From a virus, in IMG/VR virus record IMGVR_UViG_3300010367_000378, positions 1-21,635 of that record: DNA of 21,635 nucleotides; one strand, given 5' to 3'. The position numbers and the translations under genes are program-made. The notes below the pieces were generated by a model. The model saw nothing but the letters and a program-made list of their open reading frames with translations, was not told the origin of the DNA and searched no databases. Shown piece by piece: positions 7,499-14,106 of the stretch (within the stretch, counting starts at the first letter, position 1; each line of letters starts with the position of its first letter).

Positions 7499-7529
7499 AT
7501 GGTACGGCACCTCGGGAGAGGGCCGTCAA
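7499..7529 (-). promoter_or_regulatory. Candidate promoter TTGACG-N19-TACCAT
   Basis: Lies in the 90-nt intergenic gap before 7457. The 19-nt spacer is longer than optimal. Confidence 0.45.
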
Positions 7530-7547
7530 CCGAGAAAGACGGAGTGT

Positions 7548-7757
7548 CTACGGCCGGGAGATCCTGCAGGTGGCCCAGCAGCCCGGGGGAACAGCCTCCT
7601 CCCGCCGGCGAGGGAGGCGGCCGAGGTAGCCCATGCACACCCAGGAGCCAGGCGCTACAGCGCGCGCCATGGCCTTCCCCCGGCGCGAGCACCGCTCGTC
7701 GTAGCAACGAGGAGCGGGCTCGGGCCAGAGATGGGCTGGAGGATCGTCGTCGGCCAT
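7548..7757 (-). CDS. Small Cys-rich hypothetical protein (69 aa)
   Basis: ATG directly follows the upstream TAG; CYDERC...WVC...GCWATC. Confidence 0.6.
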   Translation of the reverse strand: MADDDPPAHLWPEPAPRCYDERCSRRGKAMARAVAPGSWVCMGYLGRLPRRREEAVPPGCWATCRISRP

Positions 7758-7934
7758 CTACCGCGTCGTGTGCTCGCGGTTGCAGTCCGGCCGGTTGCAC
7801 ATCGGGCAGGTGCGGTGCGGGCGGGGAGGCACCTGCCGGGAGCCACAGCGATCGCCGTCACGCCGGCGCCGGCCTCCTCCTCGGGGTTCGGGACGCTGCT
7901 GCTGGTGGTGGGGAGCTGCTCCCTGGCGGCTCAT
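7758..7934 (-). CDS. Small hypothetical protein (58 aa) ending in CPMCNRPDCNREH
   Basis: ATGA overlap at 7931-7934 and TAG-ATG junction at 7757/7758. Codon usage in the 5' half is atypical. Confidence 0.45.
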   Translation of the reverse strand: MSRQGAAPHHQQQRPEPRGGGRRRRDGDRCGSRQVPPRPHRTCPMCNRPDCNREHTTR

Positions 7935-8687
7935 GCGCGGGCGGTCTCCCGCGGACGCCAGTCCCTCGACCCGCTATCGCGGCGGCGAGAGTCGAGGACC
8001 TGCTCCCGAACGTTGGCCGCGGCCTCATGGAGCGAGGCGCCAGGAACCCCCAGCCCATAGATCCCGTCGTCGCTCTCGGTCGGGATGCCCTTCTCGATCT
8101 TGACGTCCCAGCCACGCTCGATCGAGCGGAACGGCCATCGCGGCCAGCGGCGCCGGGCCCGCACCGCCTCGTAGGGAGTGAACAGCGCGGTGTAGGGCCC
8201 CTCCGGCATCCAGACCGCGGCCTCTTCCGGGGGCCCGAGCTCGGTCCGCTTGTAGTCCATCCGGCCGAGCAGGACGTTGCGGAGGTCGAGATGGCCGCGG
8301 CGCCACCGGGGGTCGGTACTGCGATGCTCGTCGGGGTCCATCCAGAGGAGCCACCAGGGCCCGCCGTCGAAGAAGCGCAACGAGATCTCCCGGCCCTCGA
8401 GGAGGAAGAGTCCCGGGGTGTAGCGGGACTCCCGCGCCGGCAGGAGCTTCTTCAGCAGGGACCCCATCCCGCTCACGCCGAGGTAGAGGCTGAAGAGGCC
8501 GATGCAGAAGGAGGCGGTGACCTCGTTCTCGTTGGGATCGAGCTCCCAGGGCCACCGCCCAGCGGTTGGAGAGGAGACCCCACTCGATGCGGAGGACGTG
8601 GCGCTGCAGGTGCCACCAGGCCCGCCCGTTCCAGGGGAAGGCGCCGTGCCCATCGGCGCGGGTAAGGTTCTGCCAGTGGGCGTGCAT
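7931..8687 (-). pseudogene. Trp-rich hypothetical phage protein (about 251 aa) split by a +1 frameshift at about 8545-8547
   Basis: Frame A (MHAHWQNL...IEWGLLSNRWAVAL) joins frame B (ELDPNENEVT...RETARA) if one G of CTGGGAG is removed; the span is 757 nt = 3n+1. This may be a sequencing error. Confidence 0.7.
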
Positions 8688-8689
8688 GA

Positions 8690-9079
8690 TCAGCGCTTCC
8701 TCCGGCGGGGGGCCGGCGCCGTCTTCTGGGGCTCGGAGCTCTTCTGGGCTTCGGGGCCGGCTCCGGTCTGGGGCACGAAGACCCGCTCGAGGATGCCGAC
8801 GAGCCGCTCCTGACCACGCTCGATGCGCGCGAGGGCTCCCTCAACGTCGCCGCCGGCGCGCAGTTCGGCCGCGGCGTAGTTGCCGACGGTGAGCTCGTTG
8901 TGGACAGGCATGGACCCTCCCGGTGCCGTCATCCCCGCCACCGCCTTGCCGCCGCCCAACCCCACCACCTCCTCGAGGACGGACAGGCGCTCGGCCGCCT
9001 TGTTGGCCCGGTCGTTGTGCCAGGAATCCATCTCCTCCAGACGCTTCTCAAGGACCTGCACTCGCTGAAGTAGGCTCAT
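8690..9079 (-). CDS. Hypothetical coiled-coil protein (129 aa)
   Basis: ATGA overlap; heptad-like LLQRVQVLEKRLEEM. Confidence 0.8.
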   Translation of the reverse strand: MSLLQRVQVLEKRLEEMDSWHNDRANKAAERLSVLEEVVGLGGGKAVAGMTAPGGSMPVHNELTVGNYAAAELRAGGDVEGALARIERGQERLVGILERVFVPQTGAGPEAQKSSEPQKTAPAPRRRKR

Positions 9080-9357
9080 GCGCTCTGCACTCCTTCCCCC
9101 TTCCGGGGGGTCTTTGTAAATTTCCGACCTCGGATGAGGGCCGGATTCTCCAGGGCAATATCACCCAGGGGCGGCAGCTCGGCCGCCGGCGGCGGGATGG
9201 TCGCAGGGGGGAAAATCGCCCGGAGCCGCCCGCGGATCAACTCCTCGGCCGCGGCTTCCCGGGTGGCGCCATAGAGCCCGGTCCGGACCAGGCGGTCGAG
9301 CTGGTCGATCACCTGCCAAGTGGTGGTGAGGGTGAGGTCCACCGGCTTGCCTGCCAT
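9076..9357 (-). CDS. Ribbon-helix-helix (CopG/Arc-like) DNA-binding protein (93 aa)
   Basis: VDLTLTT (strand), WQVIDQLDRLVRTGLYG (helix and turn), TREAAAEELIRGRL (helix); TGATG overlap. Confidence 0.65.
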   Translation of the reverse strand: MAGKPVDLTLTTTWQVIDQLDRLVRTGLYGATREAAAEELIRGRLRAIFPPATIPPPAAELPPLGDIALENPALIRGRKFTKTPRKGEGVQSA

Positions 9358-9593
9358 CAGCCGGGGATCTCCCGGGCATCTGGCGGGGCGAGGTCGACCA
9401 CGAAGGCGGCTCCATCCCGGCGCGTCAACCAGAGGTCGAGCTCCTGGACGGCTCGCTCGCGATCCATGCCGTGGACGTCGAGTTCAGGGGTCGTGCTCGG
9501 CGGCGCCCAGGCTTCCCGGATGCGGCGTTCTTCGAGGGCGAGCCGCTCGGGGGTCGCGGTGTAGCCGGGGGCGAAGTGGCGGCGAGGCTTCAT
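9357..9593 (-). CDS. Hypothetical protein (78 aa) with Smr-like LDVHG motif
   Basis: ATGA overlap at 9590-9593; ELDVHGMDRERAVQELDLWL. Confidence 0.65.
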   Translation of the reverse strand: MKPRRHFAPGYTATPERLALEERRIREAWAPPSTTPELDVHGMDRERAVQELDLWLTRRDGAAFVVDLAPPDAREIPG

Positions 9594-10111
9594 GGCGCAC
9601 TCCTGCCGCCGATGCGACCACACCCCTCGCAGGGGTGGGAGATGTGGGAGAGGCAGCCCGGGTGCCGGCAGGGCACGCCGTCCGGAGGGATGCGGCGCGC
9701 CGGCGGGTCGTCGAAGCTCTCGTCGAGGAGGAAGGCGAGGGTCGGATCAATCCGCGGCGGCGGAGGGTCCGGGATGCGGAAGGTTCTGAAGATCCGGATG
9801 TCCGGCGGCCCGCTGCGCAGCTCGCCGGTATCCCTCGGTGGGTGCTTGAGGGGGATCAGGACGTCGTCGGGCTGCCGGCGCCGCACCCCCACCAGCATCC
9901 CGGTCCTGTCCTCGCTGGCCAGGTCCCAAGCCCGGAAGACTTGCATCTTCTGCTGCTGCTCGAACTGGCGCCAGGCCTCCGCGGCGGCATCGCCGCGGCC
10001 GACCGAGACCGAGCCGTCTTCCTCGTAGAAGACGGGGACCTCGAAGCGCTTCCACCAGGTGCGCAGGCTCTCCTCGAGGAGCACGGGGCTCAGAGTGCCC
10101 AGGGCCATCAC
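9590..10111 (-). CDS. Hypothetical protein (173 aa) with C-terminal Cys/His cluster
   Basis: GTGA overlap; PCRHPGCLSHISHPCEGCG at the C-terminus. Confidence 0.75.
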   Translation of the reverse strand: MMALGTLSPVLLEESLRTWWKRFEVPVFYEEDGSVSVGRGDAAAEAWRQFEQQQKMQVFRAWDLASEDRTGMLVGVRRRQPDDVLIPLKHPPRDTGELRSGPPDIRIFRTFRIPDPPPPRIDPTLAFLLDESFDDPPARRIPPDGVPCRHPGCLSHISHPCEGCGRIGGRSAP

Positions 10112-10620
10112 GCACCTCCCGCGAGCTGCTGCTCACCTTCAGCCAACTCCCAGCCGGCGGAGGTAAGCAGCCGGCGGATCAGATCCTCGGGCCATGCTTC
10201 GGGAACAAGAGATGGGTCCTCTATCACCAGGTCCGCCTCGACGAGGGCGTGTTGCTCCAGCTTCACGTTGACCGAGACGATCGGCACCACAGCGCCGTCG
10301 ACTTCAACCCGCGGCCCACGGTCGTCGATCGTCACCCGGCCGCGCACCGTGAAGCCACCGACGCGCACGACGCGCAGGTCTCGGATCTGAAGGAGCTCGC
10401 TGGGGATATGCGGCGGGATGGCTACCTTCGCCCAGAGGTCGAGCCGGCGGACGTAGACCTCGGCCGCGGCAACGCACCGCTCTCGACTGCCGGTAATCAA
10501 CGCGCGTCGGATCGCTGGCCCGCCCTCGCTCTCCTGGAGGAGGATGTCGTTGTAGTGGTCGACCTCTCCCGCTTCCACCTCGACCGGAGACAGGCCGGTT
10601 GTGATCTCGATGCCGATCAT
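10108..10620 (-). CDS. Hypothetical protein (170 aa)
   Basis: Coupled overlaps at both ends; normal composition. Confidence 0.75.
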   Translation of the reverse strand: MIGIEITTGLSPVEVEAGEVDHYNDILLQESEGGPAIRRALITGSRERCVAAAEVYVRRLDLWAKVAIPPHIPSELLQIRDLRVVRVGGFTVRGRVTIDDRGPRVEVDGAVVPIVSVNVKLEQHALVEADLVIEDPSLVPEAWPEDLIRRLLTSAGWELAEGEQQLAGGA

Positions 10621-10781
10621 CGCCGGGCCGCCTTCCTGCCCTGCTTCTCCAGCTCCCGCTTCCGCTTGCGCTTGGCCGTGGCGGTGGGGGACTTCGCCGG
10701 CGGCGCCGAGGTCTTCGTGGCGCGGCGTCCTTCGAGTACGACGCGGGCAGCGCCCTTGAGGGTGGGGTGGTCAGCTTGCAT
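10617..10781 (-). CDS. Small basic protein (54 aa), below the ORF-track cut-off
   Basis: GGAGG SD; MQADHPTLKGAARVVLEGRRATKTSAPPAKSPTATAKRKRKRELEKQGRKAARR; exactly fills the gap with overlaps on both sides. Confidence 0.7.
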   Translation of the reverse strand: MQADHPTLKGAARVVLEGRRATKTSAPPAKSPTATAKRKRKRELEKQGRKAARR

Positions 10782-11598
10782 CGGAGGCCTCCCCTCGCAG
10801 CCGCCGGTTCTCCTCCTCCAGGGCGGTGATGCGTTCCTCGTAAGCCTGCACCCGTTGCCTGACCGCTTCGTTCGCGAGTCGAAGCGCCTCGTTTACAGGC
10901 ACCCGCCGCGGCGGTGCATCGCCTTCCACGATGTCCACGAATCCGCTCTCCGCCCCCAGATAGCCGACGACCTCGGCGTAGAGCAGGTGCAGGTCCTCCT
11001 CGGGGAGTTTGGCCACGTCGACGTCGAACCGGGAGGCCTTCGCACCTCGCGGTTTGATCTGAAAGCGCTGGAGGAGCGCAGCGGTGACAGCCTCGGCTGT
11101 CGAGTCGAGGCTGGTGAGCTGCCGGGGAGCCGCCTGGGTGTGCGTGTTGGCCGCGAGCACGATCGCGGCCTTGAGCGCCACGGCCAGTTCCTGGTCGGTG
11201 GCCGCCGGGCTGAAGAGCAAGGCGTCGAACCGGGCCTCCTCGACCGTGGAGCGGAGGGGCCCGCAGGCATAGATGGACCTGGCGCGCTCTCCGCCCTGGG
11301 GGTCGATCCGGTGCTTCTCGATGACGACGGCACCGTCGACGACCGGCTCCTCGTCTTCACCGCGCTCATCAGAACCGGAGGACACCATCGGCGGGATTTT
11401 GTTCAGCTCTTCCGGCTCGGACATCAGCTCGATCGTCTGGCTTGCCCCACATCGGCACATCACCCCACTCCACGTCAGCGGGGAGCCCAAGGGCCGGTCG
11501 ATCAGGATGATCACCGGCACCGCACGCCCGCACGCCTCACAATCAAGCTCGATCTGGACCTGTCCAGTGGTCCGAGGGATCTCCACCGGCCGGCTCAT
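10771..11598 (-). CDS. Hypothetical protein (275 aa), N-terminal Zn-ribbon-like motif and C-terminal coiled coil
   Basis: ATGA overlap at 11595-11598; CEACG...CRCG; RITALEEENRRLR. Confidence 0.8.
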   Translation of the reverse strand: MSRPVEIPRTTGQVQIELDCEACGRAVPVIILIDRPLGSPLTWSGVMCRCGASQTIELMSEPEELNKIPPMVSSGSDERGEDEEPVVDGAVVIEKHRIDPQGGERARSIYACGPLRSTVEEARFDALLFSPAATDQELAVALKAAIVLAANTHTQAAPRQLTSLDSTAEAVTAALLQRFQIKPRGAKASRFDVDVAKLPEEDLHLLYAEVVGYLGAESGFVDIVEGDAPPRRVPVNEALRLANEAVRQRVQAYEERITALEEENRRLRGEASDAS

Positions 11599-12350
11599 GC
11601 GGGCCTCCGATCGTAGATCCCTTTGCCGCCGGGCCCGGCCGGCGGGCTGGCCCACGCCACCACCACGACGTGGTCCGGCAACTCGCGGTCCTCGAGGAGG
11701 AGCCAGCGTCGGGCCCGGCGCCGGAGCGGTGACCAGAACTCCTTCTGCCCCGGGCCGCAGGCGAGCCAGCCGAAGAGCACGGTGCCGGGCGGGGTTTCAT
11801 CGGGCGGCGGATCGGCCTCGGGGTCCCGCCAGACGATGGTCTCGGTGGCGAGCGGCGGCGCCTTGGGCTCGCCCAGGAGGATCACCGGCCCCGTCTCAGG
11901 GAACGGCTCGCCGGCGTTGGCGAGCAGCTCGTTGTATTCCTCCCAGCTCGCGAGCGAGGTCGGTTTGCCCTCGATCGAGACGTTGCCGTGATAGGCGGCC
12001 ATGAAGGCGGCCAGGCCATAGGCGCCGTAGACCCCCGAGGGCGCCGCGGCGATCGCCGCCTGCAGGAAGCCCTCGACGTCGTCGGTCATCATCAGCACGG
12101 AACCGCGAGGGTCGCAAGGCAAGGAAGGAGCGCTGCTCTGGCTCTTCCGGATCGTCGCCAGGGCTGCCGCCGCCTGAGATCCGGCAGGGGGAGGCGGCAG
12201 GACCTCGGCCATGCGGTAGAGATCGCCGGCGTCGACGGTCCACCAGCAGGTGCGCGCTGCGTAGTAGACCCGCTTCGGCTGCTTCGAGGGGACGAGCGCG
12301 CGGACGTCGTCCAGGGTCCGGACCTTCCAGGTGAGCTCGATCGGCGCCAT
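11595..12350 (-). CDS. Hypothetical phage protein (251 aa) with DUF551-like C-terminal module
   Basis: GGGAGG SD; the C-terminal WRDPEADPPPD...VLFGW...VVAWASPPAGP resembles the DUF551 pattern. Confidence 0.78.
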   Translation of the reverse strand: MAPIELTWKVRTLDDVRALVPSKQPKRVYYAARTCWWTVDAGDLYRMAEVLPPPPAGSQAAAALATIRKSQSSAPSLPCDPRGSVLMMTDDVEGFLQAAIAAAPSGVYGAYGLAAFMAAYHGNVSIEGKPTSLASWEEYNELLANAGEPFPETGPVILLGEPKAPPLATETIVWRDPEADPPPDETPPGTVLFGWLACGPGQKEFWSPLRRRARRWLLLEDRELPDHVVVVAWASPPAGPGGKGIYDRRPA

Positions 12351-12353
12351 GGG

Positions 12354-12971
12354 TCAGTCCCTCCCCCCGCCGGCCAGACCGAGCGCCGCGGTCAGCATCC
12401 GGGCGAGCTGCACCGTGGCGCGGACGTCGGCCAGCGCGTCGTGCGCCTCCTCGGCCGGGAGGTCGATGCCCAGCCACTCGCAGAGCGTCCCGAGCTTGTG
12501 GTTGGCGGGCGGGTTGGGGGCGCCGAGGGTCAACCAGCGCGCCAGGTTCAGGGTGCAGAGCGGCTCGAAACACGCCGCTGGACAGAAGACCCCGGCACGC
12601 TTGAACCAGGCCGCCAGGAAGCCGCTGTCGAAGGGGGCGTTGTGGGCGCAGATGCGCGCCACGGTGTAGGGCTTCTTCTGGGCCGAGATCTTGGAGACGG
12701 TCGCATGCCGGCGGAAGAACTGCGCGATCCAGTCCAGGGCCCGGCTCTCAGCGACAGCCTCGGTCGCCCACACCTCGGGGTTGTAGTGGTTCACCTCGAG
12801 CGCCTTGGGATCGGCGGTCTTGGGGTCGAACTTGATCTTGAGCTCCATCGACTCGACCTCCCCCCAGAGCCCGTCGCAAGCGATGGCCGCGAACTGGATC
12901 ACGGGGTGGCGATTGGGGTCGAGGCCTCCTGTCTCGACGTCGAACACGACGATGCGCTCGTTCAGATCCAT
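12354..12971 (-). CDS. DEDDh 3'-5' exonuclease (DnaQ/Pol III epsilon-like)
   Basis: ExoI VFDVETGG, ExoII AHNAPFD, ExoIII AHDALAD. Confidence 0.93.
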   Translation of the reverse strand: MDLNERIVVFDVETGGLDPNRHPVIQFAAIACDGLWGEVESMELKIKFDPKTADPKALEVNHYNPEVWATEAVAESRALDWIAQFFRRHATVSKISAQKKPYTVARICAHNAPFDSGFLAAWFKRAGVFCPAACFEPLCTLNLARWLTLGAPNPPANHKLGTLCEWLGIDLPAEEAHDALADVRATVQLARMLTAALGLAGGGRD

Positions 12972-13116
12972 AGCTTCGGGTTCCTTCCTGCCGGGCCCGT
13001 TGGAAGATCGCCGCCCCGACGGGGACCCGGCCGGCTGCCGGGGGCGGCTTCATGCTGGTGGACCGCGGGCTCCTCAACCCGCGGCTGGAAACTCTACCTC
13101 TGTCGGAGTCGCTGGA

Positions 13117-14106
13117 TCAGTTCCCCAGGGCTCCATAGTCAAGCCCCCGCTTCACCTCCACAGCTCGCAGGTAGGCGTAGCGCACCACCGGCGCCGGCGC
13201 CGCCTCGATTAGGGGGCGCAGGGCCCGCTGCGCCGGCGACAGGCCGCCCATCACCGATAGTACCCATGCCTTCACCTGGTCCGCGGGGACGGCGGCCGGG
13301 TTCGAAGGGCCGGGCGCCTCCCCTGAAGCACAGCGCGCAGCGATCACCGCGGTGGCGAAGGCCTCGTCGAGCGCTTTGTCCTCCCAGACCAGAGCACCGC
13401 TCACCAGCGTCTTGACGGCGTCGGGGACCGCGGGCGCGGTGAAGAAGTAGGTGGTGAGGTGCGTGCGGATGGTGACCGTGGCCGGCATCTGCGCCGGCAA
13501 CGTCTCGCAGGTGCGAGGGTTGGGTGTGACGCAGGCGCAGAGACAGAGGGGGGTCTTCCCCGGCGGACATCCGACGTTCCCATCCTGAGCACCGGCCACC
13601 GCGGCGAGGGTGAAGAAGGCGGCCAAGACCGGAAACACCTTCCCGTAGCGCGCCGCTGGAGTGAGGAGGCGCCAGAGCCATTCCGACCACCCGCAGAGGA
13701 CCGCGAAGTTGTGGTCGAAGGCGCCGTCGTGGTGCATAGCATGCCGCTGCGGCGTCAGGAAAATGCGCGCCATCTGGAGCGGCCTGAAGATGAGCACCGG
13801 GCGATGGGAGAGGGCGTGGGAGACCTGAGTAAGTCCGATCCCGAGCCCCAGGGTCACCAGGAAGGGCGAGCGCAGGAGGAGGCCGCCCAGGAGAATCGGC
13901 CCACCAGCGAGCCAGGGAGCCAGTAAGTTGGTAGGCGTCAGGAACTTCCCCGGGTTGCGGTGGTGCTCCTGAAAGTCCCGCGCGATCCGCCTGATCAGGC
14001 TTCCATCCCCGCCCTTGATCTTGTCGAAGACGACGTGCCAGACCAGCCCCAGGAAGTCGGCGCAGAACCAGGCGAAGAGGACCTCGGCGAGCCGTACCAT
14101 CGTCAT
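13117..14106 (-). CDS. CarF/TMEM189(PEDS1)/FAD4-family lipid desaturase-like domain fused to a signal-peptide-like segment and Cys-rich domain (329 aa)
   Basis: ATGA overlap at 14103-14106. ADFLGLVWH...D, FQEHHRNP, QVSHALSH and LQ..RIFL.PQRHAMHH...F...CGW give 8 His in family order, separated by hydrophobic segments. Confidence 0.82.
   Translation of the reverse strand: MTMVRLAEVLFAWFCADFLGLVWHVVFDKIKGGDGSLIRRIARDFQEHHRNPGKFLTPTNLLAPWLAGGPILLGGLLLRSPFLVTLGLGIGLTQVSHALSHRPVLIFRPLQMARIFLTPQRHAMHHDGAFDHNFAVLCGWSEWLWRLLTPAARYGKVFPVLAAFFTLAAVAGAQDGNVGCPPGKTPLCLCACVTPNPRTCETLPAQMPATVTIRTHLTTYFFTAPAVPDAVKTLVSGALVWEDKALDEAFATAVIAARCASGEAPGPSNPAAVPADQVKAWVLSVMGGLSPAQRALRPLIEAAPAPVVRYAYLRAVEVKRGLDYGALGN

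Noticed and set aside
1384-13415. Long plus-strand ORFs (1384-2943, 6054-8060, 7499-8665, 10249-11616, 11988-13415 and others)
   Set aside because: They are antisense shadows of well-supported minus-strand genes, expected at high GC, and show no recognisable motifs.
13117-14106. Calling the gene a true carF plasmalogen desaturase ortholog
   Set aside because: The additional His characteristic of CarF/TMEM189 appears absent and the domain is shorter and fused, so only family-level assignment is supported.
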